This document shows positions 45,671 through 54,722 of a stretch of 64,000 bases of DNA, in pieces. Each line of letters opens with the position of its first letter. Position 1 is the stretch's first letter. Origin of the DNA: Acidimicrobiia bacterium. Lineage in GTDB: Bacteria; Actinomycetota; Acidimicrobiia; Acidimicrobiales; Ilumatobacteraceae. The translations under genes and the position numbers were made by a program. The notes under the pieces were generated by a model. That model made no database searches. It worked only from the letters and a program-made list of their open reading frames with translations, and was not told the DNA's origin. The stretch is from positions 2,534 to 66,533 of the forward strand of contig RFSV01000003.1 of the NCBI GenBank assembly GCA_009923785.1, written 5' to 3'.

Positions 45671-46588
45671 TCACTTGGGCTGCGGCCAACCGCCAGGTTC
45701 GCCGTTCATTCCCGAGTTCTTGCGGGCTTGACCGACGAGATCGGCGACGATCGGCCCGAGCACGGTCGGATCGTCGACGGGCGCAGTGCGCGGTCCCCGC
45801 ACCCAGCCCTCGGCGACGGCGAGAACATCGCCACTCGCCTCGAAAACTCGGCCGGTGACACCTTTGGCCTCGGCGGAGGCCAACCACGTGACGATGGGAG
45901 CGATCCAGCGCGGCGAGCGTCGTTCGCGATCTTCATCGGTTTCGGGTGCCGGTCCGAGTCCTTCGGTCATCCGGGTGAGCGCCACCGGAGCGACGGCGTT
46001 CACGGTGACGCCATAGCGCGCCATCTCGAGTGCGGCGATGTTGGTGAAAGCGGCGATCCCTGCCTTGGCGGCGCCGTAGTTCGTCTGGCCAGGATTGCCG
46101 TAGATGCCCGACACCGATGTGGTGTTGATGATGCGACCGTCGACTGGTTCACCGGCTTTCGACCGTTCACGCCAGTACGAACAGGCGAAACGACTCGGTG
46201 CGAACGTTCCCTTCAGGTGAACGTTGATGACGGCGTCCCATTCTTCTTCGGCCATCGAAAAGAGCATGCGATCACGCAGGATCCCGGCGTTGTTGACGAC
46301 GACGTGCAGATCGCCAAAAGTGTCGACAGCTGTCTGGATGAGTCGTTCGGCACCGGCCCAGTCGCTCACGCTGTCGCCGTTCGCGACCGCCTCGCCGCCC
46401 ATGGCCTTGATCTCCTCCACCACTTGCTGGGCCGGGGACATGTCGCCGCCGGATCCGTCGACTCCACCACCGAGATCGTTGACGACGACTTTGGCGCCTT
46501 GTGAAGCAAGGCTCAGAGCATGTTCTCGGCCGATTCCTCGCCCGGCTCCGGTCACAATCGCCACTCGCCCTTCGCACAGTCGCGCCAT
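45671..46588 (-). CDS. SDR-family oxidoreductase (MFE-2 / 17-beta-HSD4-type 3-hydroxyacyl-CoA dehydrogenase-like)
   Basis: ORF trimmed to ATG (complement 46586-46588) with a GAGAGGA-like RBS. RVAIVTGAGRGIGR (T-G-x3-G-x-G), NNAGI, S...Y-x3-K (NYGAAKAG). An earlier start (46648 or 46672) is possible. Confidence 0.8.
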   Translation of the reverse strand: MARLCEGRVAIVTGAGRGIGREHALSLASQGAKVVVNDLGGGVDGSGGDMSPAQQVVEEIKAMGGEAVANGDSVSDWAGAERLIQTAVDTFGDLHVVVNNAGILRDRMLFSMAEEEWDAVINVHLKGTFAPSRFACSYWRERSKAGEPVDGRIINTTSVSGIYGNPGQTNYGAAKAGIAAFTNIAALEMARYGVTVNAVAPVALTRMTEGLGPAPETDEDRERRSPRWIAPIVTWLASAEAKGVTGRVFEASGDVLAVAEGWVRGPRTAPVDDPTVLGPIVADLVGQARKNSGMNGEPGGWPQPK

Positions 46589-46701
46589 TTCGCATCCTCT
46601 CGACTCGACGGGAACCTCACCCCGTGTGACTTGCGTGGTGTCGATCATAGGAAGTGGGCCCGAGTCGAGCACCAGTCGAAGAGCTCTCGTAGCCTCACGA
46701 C

Positions 46702-47934
46702 GTGCCCGCGACTGGATCTTCCCCGAGTGATGTCCTGATCGTCGGGGCCGGACCAGCCGGAACGGCCGCCGCCATCACGGCAGCGGAAGCCGGCCTCTCT
46801 GTCACCCTCGTCGACAAAGCCCGTTTTCCACGCGACAAGTGTTGCGGTGACGGTTTGACGACCCTCGCGCTTCGACACCTCGACGACCTCGGACTCGACC
46901 CCTCCACGATCACGAACTGGTTCGACGTGGACGGCGCCTGGCTCCGATCTCCATCGGGTCGGGAAGTCTTCGTTCCACTTCCTTCCGACGGTCGCTTCGC
47001 GGCCGTGGTGCCAAGACTCGACCTCGACGACGCACTCGTGCAACGCGCACGTTCGGTCGGAGTCGACGTGGTCGAAGGTTTGTCCTTCGTCGACCTCGAG
47101 CAACACGCGAGCGGTGTAGCCGTCACCTTCGATGACGGATCCACGCGAGACGCGCGATGGCTCGTCGCCGCCGACGGGATGTGGAGCCCGATTCGTCGAT
47201 CGCTCGGCATGTCTCCAGGGGGCTACTTGGGCGAGTGGCACGCGTTCCGCCAATACGTCAGCAACGTGTCCGGAAGCGCGGCCTCACGTCTTCACGTGTG
47301 GTTCGATCGAGATCTCCTCCCCGGTTACGCCTGGAGCTTCCCATTGCCCGGAAATCGAGCCAATGTGGGCTTCGGAATTCTTCGTGACGGCACTCGTAGT
47401 GGCAAGGACATGAAGCGAACCTGGGACGATCTGCTACAGAGACATCACCTGACCGAAGCTCTCGGCCCTGACGCGGTCTTCGAAGGACGTCACACGGCGT
47501 GGCCGATTCCGGCCCGAATCGATCAGGCGACCACCGGAGTGGGCCGCGTGCTCGTGGTCGGTGACGCAGCAATGGCTACCGACGCCCTCACCGGAGAAGG
47601 CATCGGACAGGCCTTGCTCACCGGTGTGGAAGCGGCCCGAGCGATCGCAACCGGTGATGAACCGATCGAAGTGCGCCGCCGTTATCGGTCGGCAGTCGAC
47701 CACCACCTCGCGGCCGACCATCGCATGTCGTTACGGCTCTCGAAAGTCTTGGCCCATGAGTCCGGAGCCCGAGGAGCCATCGCAATCCTCGATCACGCCG
47801 GCAACTGGGGGCGGCGTCATTTCGCCCGGTGGATGTTCGAGGACGAACCGCGTGCCATCGCCCTCACTCCGAAGCGTTGGCATCGTCGCCTTTTCCGGCG
47901 TCCCGGGGCCTACCAAGTACCGTTCGGTACATGA
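46702..47934 (+). CDS. Geranylgeranyl reductase family FAD-dependent oxidoreductase
   Basis: 410 aa, GTG start. VLIVGAGPAGTAAA (dinucleotide fold), DKARFPRDKCCGDGL, VVGDAAMATDALTGEGIGQAL. Confidence 0.8.
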   Translation: MPATGSSPSDVLIVGAGPAGTAAAITAAEAGLSVTLVDKARFPRDKCCGDGLTTLALRHLDDLGLDPSTITNWFDVDGAWLRSPSGREVFVPLPSDGRFAAVVPRLDLDDALVQRARSVGVDVVEGLSFVDLEQHASGVAVTFDDGSTRDARWLVAADGMWSPIRRSLGMSPGGYLGEWHAFRQYVSNVSGSAASRLHVWFDRDLLPGYAWSFPLPGNRANVGFGILRDGTRSGKDMKRTWDDLLQRHHLTEALGPDAVFEGRHTAWPIPARIDQATTGVGRVLVVGDAAMATDALTGEGIGQALLTGVEAARAIATGDEPIEVRRRYRSAVDHHLAADHRMSLRLSKVLAHESGARGAIAILDHAGNWGRRHFARWMFEDEPRAIALTPKRWHRRLFRRPGAYQVPFGT

Positions 47935-48872
47935 AGACTCGCCTCACCGAACTCCTCGACATCGAATATCCCGTGATGCTCGCCGGCATGGGAGGGGTTT
48001 CGTACTCCGATCTCGTGGCTGCAGTGAGCGAGGCCGGTGGAATCGGGACCTTCGGTGCCGCACCCATGCGTCCCGGGGTGCACACTCTCACCTCGAAACC
48101 ATTCGGCGTCGATCTCCTCACCGCCATTCCCGGTCAACTCGAACGCGACGTCGAGAGCGTGATCCGTGGCGGGGCGAGAATTTTCGTCGCCGGTCTCGGC
48201 GTCCCTCGAGAGATCGTCGACGTACTCCATCGCAACAACGTCCTCGTGGGATCTATGTGCGGAAAGGTGCGTCATGCGGAGGCCGCCGTCGCGAGTGGCT
48301 GTGACTTCGTGGTGGCACAGGGAACAGAAGGCGGTGGACATACCGGCACCGTCGCCACGATGGCTCTCGTTCCTCAGGTGGTCGACGCCGTCGGCGATCA
48401 AGTTCCGGTCGTCGCTGCCGGAGGGCTGTTCGACGGTCGCGGTCTGGCGGCGTCCATCGCCCTCGGCGCCGACGGTGTCTGGATGGGAACTCGATTCATC
48501 GCCACCCCCGAGGCGCATGCACCGAACGCCTACAAGGACACGCTCACTCGCATCGCCGAGGACGAGACTGTGATCTCACGCGCCTACACCGGCAAGACCT
48601 GTCGAGTGGTTCGAACCGAATGGACCGACCACTTCGAGAAGAACCCCGACGAGCTGAAGAAGTTTCCCGAGCAGGCATTCGCTTCGGCGCAAGCCGGGGC
48701 CAATCACATGGGGTACCCGCCCGAGACCGACGTCGACGTGAAGAAGGAGTTCATGCCGTGCGGACAAGGAGTGGGAGCCATCCACGAACTCACTCCCGCC
48801 GGCGACCTCGTTCGTCAGATCGTGAGGGAGGCCGAGATGGTGATCGACGCAATGAGCCGAGTGCGTCACTGA
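47931..48872 (+). CDS. Nitronate monooxygenase (NMO / 2-nitropropane dioxygenase-like, FMN TIM barrel)
   Basis: ORF trimmed to ATG 47931 (ATGA overlap with the upstream stop): MKTRLTELLDIEYPVMLAGMGGVS, VVAQGTEGGGHTG, AAGGLFDGRGLAA. Confidence 0.8.
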   Translation: MKTRLTELLDIEYPVMLAGMGGVSYSDLVAAVSEAGGIGTFGAAPMRPGVHTLTSKPFGVDLLTAIPGQLERDVESVIRGGARIFVAGLGVPREIVDVLHRNNVLVGSMCGKVRHAEAAVASGCDFVVAQGTEGGGHTGTVATMALVPQVVDAVGDQVPVVAAGGLFDGRGLAASIALGADGVWMGTRFIATPEAHAPNAYKDTLTRIAEDETVISRAYTGKTCRVVRTEWTDHFEKNPDELKKFPEQAFASAQAGANHMGYPPETDVDVKKEFMPCGQGVGAIHELTPAGDLVRQIVREAEMVIDAMSRVRH

Positions 48873-48885
48873 GGAAACGAACGTC

Positions 48886-50325
48886 ATGACGACACTCGAA
48901 CCCGACCAACTCGTCGCCGATCACGTGGCGGGCGCATGGCACGATGACGTTCTGCCCGAGATCTGCGACTACATCGCGATCCCCAACGTCTCAAAGGCCT
49001 ACGAACCCGACTGGAAGTCGCTCGGACACATGGATCGAGCTGTCGAACACATCCGCCGTTGGTGTGCCGCACGCGAGATCGCCGGCCTGACGATCGACGT
49101 CGTCGAGCTCGCCGGCCTCACACCTCTGCTCGTCATGGAAATTCCTCCGTTCGGAGCCGGTTCTCGCCATGGTGAGGACGACACCGTCCTCTTGTACGGC
49201 CATCTCGACAAGCAGCCCGAGATGGAAGGTTGGCGCGAGGGGCTCGGCCCCTGGACGCCGGTCATCGAGGGAGACCGGCTGTACGGGCGCGGAGGTGCCG
49301 ACGACGGCTACTCGGCGTATGCCTCACTTCTTGCCGTGGAAGCCGCCCAACGCGCCGGATGGTCGCATGGCCGGCTCGTGATCCTGATCGAAGCGAGCGA
49401 AGAGAGCGGCAGTCCTGATCTACCGGCCTATCTCGATCATCTCGGCGAACGCATCGGGTCACCGAGTCTCGTGATCTGCCTCGACTCCGGGTGCCTCGAT
49501 GACAACCGCCTGTGGGTCACCACGTCACTGCGCGGCCTGGTGTCAGCCACCTTACGCGTCGACATTCTCACGGAGGGCGTGCACAGCGGCGAGGCAAGCG
49601 GCATCGTCCCGAGTTCGTTCCGTATCCTGCGCTCGCTACTCGATCGCCTCGAGGACGCAACCACTGGTCGAGTGCTCATCGACGACATGCACGTCGAGAT
49701 ACCTGCCGACCGCCGCCGCGAAGCCGAACTGACGAGCGCCGAATTCCCTGATCCATTGTCGAGCCACTATCCCTTCGTCGACGATGCCCGTCCGACGGTC
49801 GACGACCCTGTCGAGCAAATCCTCGCCCACACGTGGCGGCCCACTTTGTCGTACGTCGGAGCCGACGGCCTTCCTTCGGTCGCGCGCGGTGGGAACGTTC
49901 TCCGTCCGTACACATCGCTTTCGTTGTCGTTCCGACTGCCTCCGACCTGCGACCCCGATCGCGCCTTGACCGCGTTGCGAAATGCCCTCACCGCCGACGT
50001 GCCCTATCAAGCGCGGGTAACCATCTCGAACGCCCATGGCGCTCCGGGATGGAACGCCCCCACCTTCGAACCCTGGCTCGTCGAAGCCCTCGAGAACGCC
50101 TCGAATGCCGCCTTCGGCGCGTCGTGGCGAGCCTTCGGTGAAGGGGGAACGATTCCGTTCATGGGGATGCTCGGCGAGAAGTTCCCGCAGGCCCAATTCG
50201 TGATCACCGGCGTTCTCGGACCCGGGTCGAATGCTCACGGCCCGAACGAATTCCTCCACATTCCCACCGGAAGAAAAGTCACGATCGCCATGGCCCATAT
50301 CTTGCGCGATCACGCTCATCGCTGA
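48886..50325 (+). CDS. M20-family metallopeptidase (dipeptidase-like)
   Basis: 479 aa. LLYGHLDKQP, RLYGRGGADDGY, LIEASEESGS, GGTIPFM, and HGPNEF near the C-terminus (M20 metal ligands). Confidence 0.8.
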   Translation: MTTLEPDQLVADHVAGAWHDDVLPEICDYIAIPNVSKAYEPDWKSLGHMDRAVEHIRRWCAAREIAGLTIDVVELAGLTPLLVMEIPPFGAGSRHGEDDTVLLYGHLDKQPEMEGWREGLGPWTPVIEGDRLYGRGGADDGYSAYASLLAVEAAQRAGWSHGRLVILIEASEESGSPDLPAYLDHLGERIGSPSLVICLDSGCLDDNRLWVTTSLRGLVSATLRVDILTEGVHSGEASGIVPSSFRILRSLLDRLEDATTGRVLIDDMHVEIPADRRREAELTSAEFPDPLSSHYPFVDDARPTVDDPVEQILAHTWRPTLSYVGADGLPSVARGGNVLRPYTSLSLSFRLPPTCDPDRALTALRNALTADVPYQARVTISNAHGAPGWNAPTFEPWLVEALENASNAAFGASWRAFGEGGTIPFMGMLGEKFPQAQFVITGVLGPGSNAHGPNEFLHIPTGRKVTIAMAHILRDHAHR

Positions 50326-50351
50326 CACCAGCGCGTAGCGTTCGCTCCGCT

Positions 50352-51620
50352 ATGTGGACGATGTTGCGACGAAACGCCGACCTACGTCGCATGTTCGTGG
50401 CCCAGGTCATCTCGTACATGGGTGACTGGTTCAGTTTCGTGGCACTTCTCGGCCTCGTGAAGGATCTCACCGATTCGAACTTTCTGGTGTCGATGGTGAT
50501 GGTGACGTTCTCACTTCCGTCATTCCTCGCATCCCCCTTCGCCGGCCCGATCGCCGACCGTTTCGATCGTCGTCGCATCCTTGTCGTCGTGAGTTGCATA
50601 CAAGCAGTGGCCGCTCTCGGATTGTTGGGCGTTGGAGCCGACACTGTGTGGTTGGCTTTCATCCTTCAGAGTTCGATCTCGGGTCTCGCCGCAGTCGTCG
50701 GGCCAGCGAGTCAGGCGTCGATTCCCAACCTGGCTCGTGACCCCGACGAGCTGAACCGAGCCAACGCCCTTCTCGGTTCGACGTGGGGAATCATGCTCGC
50801 CATCGGCGCGGCCATCGGAGGATTCTTCGCGGCGATCTTCGGGCGTGATGCATCATTCGTCGCCAATGCCGTGTCGTTCGCCGCGTCAGCTTGGGTCTTT
50901 TCACGAATCAGAACTCCCTTGCAGGCACCCAGACAGCCCGCTTCTCGGCGAATGAGACCTTTGGCCGACATGGGTGAAGCTCTCGGACACGCCCGGCAGG
51001 ATCCGGTCCTGCTTGCCCTGATCCTCTCGAAGACATCGTTCGCCGTGGGGAGTGGAGTCGTCTCACAGCTTGCCGTTCTCGCCAGCGATGTCTACGGCGG
51101 CGGCGATGCGTCGCGCGGTGTTCTCATCGGAGCCCGCGGCCTCGGTGCCGGTCTCGGACCCGCCATCGCCTTGCGATACACCGGTCACGACCTGTCCAAG
51201 ATCCTTCGGGTGTGCGGATTGTCGAGCTTGCTCTTCAGCGCCTGCTACCTCACGGGAGTGTGGATGCCAGTCTTTGTGCTCGCCGCAGTCTTCATCACAC
51301 TCGCCCACCTGGGTGGAGGTGCGCAGTGGACGCTCAGTTCGTTCGGACTCCAACTGCATTCTCCTGACGAGATGCGCGGACGAATTCTGGCCGGAGACTT
51401 CGCGTTGGTCACCCTTACGATGTCGGCCACCAGCGCTCTCGCCGGCGTTCTGTCCGATGCCATCGGCGTCCGCGAAGCGATATCGGTGTTCGCTGCCGCT
51501 GCGGCTCTGGCCAGTGTGATCTACATCAGCGCGACGCAGCGTCTGCGCACGCGGCTGCAGCATCGGTCAGAGCCTGTGCCCGCCGATCATTCGCCAGATT
51601 CTCGGCCATCCGATTCATGA
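50352..51620 (+). CDS. MFS transporter
   Basis: 422 aa, about 12 TM helices. GPIADRFDRRRILV is the MFS motif-A-like loop between TM2 and TM3. The 3' end overlaps the convergent serine-hydrolase gene by 95 nt. Confidence 0.8.
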   Translation: MWTMLRRNADLRRMFVAQVISYMGDWFSFVALLGLVKDLTDSNFLVSMVMVTFSLPSFLASPFAGPIADRFDRRRILVVVSCIQAVAALGLLGVGADTVWLAFILQSSISGLAAVVGPASQASIPNLARDPDELNRANALLGSTWGIMLAIGAAIGGFFAAIFGRDASFVANAVSFAASAWVFSRIRTPLQAPRQPASRRMRPLADMGEALGHARQDPVLLALILSKTSFAVGSGVVSQLAVLASDVYGGGDASRGVLIGARGLGAGLGPAIALRYTGHDLSKILRVCGLSSLLFSACYLTGVWMPVFVLAAVFITLAHLGGGAQWTLSSFGLQLHSPDEMRGRILAGDFALVTLTMSATSALAGVLSDAIGVREAISVFAAAAALASVIYISATQRLRTRLQHRSEPVPADHSPDSRPSDS

Positions 51621-52713
51621 CGTACGCAAACGACAGCTCGCGTTCGGGCTGAGCGAAGGCGACCGAACCTCCCGCTCCTGGATGACCGAACGAACCCGGA
51701 CCGGAATAAGGGGTGAACTGGCCATGTGTCATGAAGCCCATGCCAAAGGTGGTGGGCATGATGAGGCAGGCGTCAGGTTCACCAGCCGGCGTGACGGTGG
51801 AGCGTGCCACCTCGACAGTATTTGGATCGAGCAACCTGACACCGTCGATCTCACCGATGGTCGCCGCATAGATACGGGCCAAGCTCCGAGCGTTGGTGAT
51901 GGCGTTAGCAGCCGGAATCTCGGCCTCGTGGACGTCACGACGGTTGAATGCACCATCCACCGAGAACGCGCCGTTGAGCGACAGGGCTTGCCCCGCCGGA
52001 GAATTCGGCCCCATGAAATGTTCGAGCATGGCCTTCACGGCCGGATCGACGCCATCGCCTCCGCCGGGGTTGAGGCCACCGATCATGGGCGACACCCGAT
52101 GTTCGTGCTCGGCCGGTAGTCCGATCCAGAGTTCGGCACCGACACGATCGACGATCTCATCGCGTACGAATGCACCAAGACTGCGACCCTGCGGATCGAC
52201 TCGACGTACTAGTTCACCCGCCAACCACCCGTAGGTGAGCGCGTGATAGCCGTGCTGTGCCCCAATCGGCCAACGTGGTGCGGTGTCCGCGAGGCGCGAT
52301 GTGATTGTGCCCCAGTCGAGGGCTTCGGCGAGAGAAATGTCGCCGTCGACGGTGTAGAGGCCGCACTGGTGAGACAAGAGTTGTGCGACGGTCGCGTCAG
52401 CTTTGCCATGGGCCGAGAACTCGGGCCAATACGTCGACACTTTCTCGGAGAACGAGAGAAGGCCGCGTTCGACGCACATGGCCACAGCGATCGCCGTGAT
52501 GCCCTTGGTCGTTGAGAAGACGAGCTGGAGAGTGTCTTCGGAGTACCGAGTGGTCCCGGCGACATCGAAATGTCCGCCCCAGAGATCGACCACCTTGCTG
52601 CCCCGGTGGTACACCGACACCGCACAACCGGTCTCCTGGCCACTTTCAAGATTGGCGACGAATGCGTCGCGTACTGCTCCCCAGCCGGGAGCGACTGAAC
52701 CATCGAAATCCAA
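51526..52713 (-). CDS. Serine hydrolase, beta-lactamase/esterase (class C, EstB-like) family
   Basis: 395 aa with an apparent TTG start (complement 52711-52713). FSTTKGITA (S-x-x-K), a YHALTYG (Y-x-x) region, and HPGAGGS (the K/H-x-G box equivalent). Confidence 0.8.
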   Translation of the reverse strand: MDFDGSVAPGWGAVRDAFVANLESGQETGCAVSVYHRGSKVVDLWGGHFDVAGTTRYSEDTLQLVFSTTKGITAIAVAMCVERGLLSFSEKVSTYWPEFSAHGKADATVAQLLSHQCGLYTVDGDISLAEALDWGTITSRLADTAPRWPIGAQHGYHALTYGWLAGELVRRVDPQGRSLGAFVRDEIVDRVGAELWIGLPAEHEHRVSPMIGGLNPGGGDGVDPAVKAMLEHFMGPNSPAGQALSLNGAFSVDGAFNRRDVHEAEIPAANAITNARSLARIYAATIGEIDGVRLLDPNTVEVARSTVTPAGEPDACLIMPTTFGMGFMTHGQFTPYSGPGSFGHPGAGGSVAFAQPERELSFAYVMNRMAENLANDRRAQALTDAAAACADAASR

Positions 52714-52715
52714 TT

Positions 52716-53771
52716 TCAGCTGACCATTTCCTTCAGGGTCTCGATGGTCTTGACGGCATCGGGTCCGACCGGAGTGACCGACAGGATCGTCACACCCGCT
52801 TCTTTGTAGGCCGCCAACCGTTCCTTCACATAGTTCTTCGGACCGACGAGATTGGTGCTCTCGAGCATGGCGCCGGGCACGGCCGCCGCCGCCTCGTCCT
52901 TCTTACCCGACAGGTAGAGATCCTGGATCTCGATCGCTTCTTTCTCGTAGCCGTACTTCTTGCAGATGGTGTTGTAGAAGTTCTTGTCGCGCGCGCCCAT
53001 TCCTCCCACGTACAACGCGACGTTGGGACGTGCGAAATCGAGGATCTGGGTACGAGCGTCACCGGTCAACTTCTCGTCGATGGCCGCCATGCCACCGGCC
53101 GAGATCTGCAACGGACCGAGCTTGGGATCGCGCTTGGCCAGTCCCTTTTTCAGGTCGTCACCCCACACGGTGTGGAACTTCTCGGGATCGAAAAAGATCG
53201 GCAACCAGCCATCGGCGACCTCGGCGGTCGCTTGGACGCTGAGTCCCATGAGACTGGCCCACCAGATCGGGATGTCGGGTCGAATGTCCTGCCCTGGCTT
53301 GATGATCTTCAGCGGTTTCGCCAGTCCGGTTCCTTCACCGGCCGGCACGGGAACCTTCACCGTCTTTCCGTCCATCTGGAACGGTTCTTCACGCTTCCAG
53401 ATCATGCGACAGGCCTCGATGTACTCCTTCAGGCGGAGCATTGGCTTCTCGTACGGGACGCCATGGAAACCCTCGATCACCTGCGGACCACTCGCACCGA
53501 GTCCGAGGATGAACCGTCCGTTGCTCACGTAGTCGCAACCCACTGCCGTCTGCGCCATGAGCGCCGCCGTACGGCTGTAGACGTTCAAGATGCCGGTACC
53601 GATCTCGACCGTGTTCGTCTTGGCGGCGAGATAACCGACCTGGCTGATCGCGTCAGCGCTATAGGCCTCGGCGATCCACACCACGTCGAGACCGGCCTTC
53701 TCGAGTTCGACGACCCGGTCGACGGCCTGATGGAAGCCACCCGCGTAATTGAGCATCATCGACAACTTCAT
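52716..53771 (-). CDS. LLM-class F420-dependent oxidoreductase
   Basis: ORF trimmed to ATG (complement 53769-53771) preceded by AAAGGA: MKLSMMLNYAGG...LDVVWIAEAYSADAIS...FILGLGASGPQVIEGFHG...ALYVGGMGARDKNFY. Confidence 0.8.
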   Translation of the reverse strand: MKLSMMLNYAGGFHQAVDRVVELEKAGLDVVWIAEAYSADAISQVGYLAAKTNTVEIGTGILNVYSRTAALMAQTAVGCDYVSNGRFILGLGASGPQVIEGFHGVPYEKPMLRLKEYIEACRMIWKREEPFQMDGKTVKVPVPAGEGTGLAKPLKIIKPGQDIRPDIPIWWASLMGLSVQATAEVADGWLPIFFDPEKFHTVWGDDLKKGLAKRDPKLGPLQISAGGMAAIDEKLTGDARTQILDFARPNVALYVGGMGARDKNFYNTICKKYGYEKEAIEIQDLYLSGKKDEAAAAVPGAMLESTNLVGPKNYVKERLAAYKEAGVTILSVTPVGPDAVKTIETLKEMVS

Positions 53772-53796
53772 GACTCGTCCTTTCGACTGAGCAGAT

Positions 53797-54684
53797 TCAG
53801 TCTGCGTCTGACTGAACCCTATGGTCGGCACCCGGGGCCCGACGAACTGTCGGCATCGAACCGGGTGCCTCGTTCAGATTGCCACTGCGGAATCCCTCGA
53901 GATCGAGGGTGACGTAGCGGTACCCGGCCGAGCGCAAGCCCTCGACGATCTCCCGGCGAGCCGAAACGGCACGGGCGAGTTCGGCCTCGTCGACCTCGAT
54001 CCGCGCCGTCTCACCGTAATGACGCACCCGCACCTGACGGAATCCGAGGTCGTGCAGCACGCTCTCGGCCCGATCGACACGAGACAGGATTTCGACCGAA
54101 ACCGGAGTTCCATAGGGAACTCGGCTCGCCAGACACGCGGCAGCCGGCTTGTCCCACGTACGCAAGCCAAGGCGACGTGACGCCTCGCGAACGTCGGCTT
54201 TGGTGAAGCCGGCCTGCACCATGGGAAACACCGCCCCCCGCTCGATCGCCGCTCGTTGACCCGGACGATGGTCGGACAGATCGTCGAGATTCACTCCGAG
54301 AACAACCGTCGCTCGACGCGCACTCGCAATCGGTGCGACGACATCCATCAACTCGGCTTTGCAGTGATAACAACGATCGACATCATTGGCGCGGTACGCC
54401 GCTCGCTCCATCTCGGCCGTGTCGACCGGAACCCACGTCAGTCCCCATTCGTCCGCCAAGAGGCGACACTCCACTTCTTCGGCACCGGCCAGGCTCGGCG
54501 ACACGGCTGTGACAGCAACACACCGGTCCGGGCCGAGCACTCGATGAGCGACAAAAGCGAGAAAGGCGGAGTCGGCACCACCACTGAATGCCACCGCCAC
54601 CGAATCGAGTTCGCCGATGATGGCCTCGAGTTCGGTGATCTTCGTGTCGAGTGGTGCCGTGGCCGATGTCTCCACAGCTCCCAT
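53797..54684 (-). CDS. LarE-like ATP-dependent sulfur transferase / PP-loop ATP pyrophosphatase (TIGR00268-like)
   Basis: ORF trimmed to ATG (complement 54682-54684). VAVAFSGGADSAFLA (PP-loop S-G-G-x-D-S), RCYHCKAEL (C-x2-C), KPAAACLASRVPYG (LarE-type Cys motif). Confidence 0.7.
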   Translation of the reverse strand: MGAVETSATAPLDTKITELEAIIGELDSVAVAFSGGADSAFLAFVAHRVLGPDRCVAVTAVSPSLAGAEEVECRLLADEWGLTWVPVDTAEMERAAYRANDVDRCYHCKAELMDVVAPIASARRATVVLGVNLDDLSDHRPGQRAAIERGAVFPMVQAGFTKADVREASRRLGLRTWDKPAAACLASRVPYGTPVSVEILSRVDRAESVLHDLGFRQVRVRHYGETARIEVDEAELARAVSARREIVEGLRSAGYRYVTLDLEGFRSGNLNEAPGSMPTVRRAPGADHRVQSDAD

Positions 54685-54722
54685 CGTGCCATGCGGGGCA
54701 GACAAAGGCAGACTCTCAGGGT

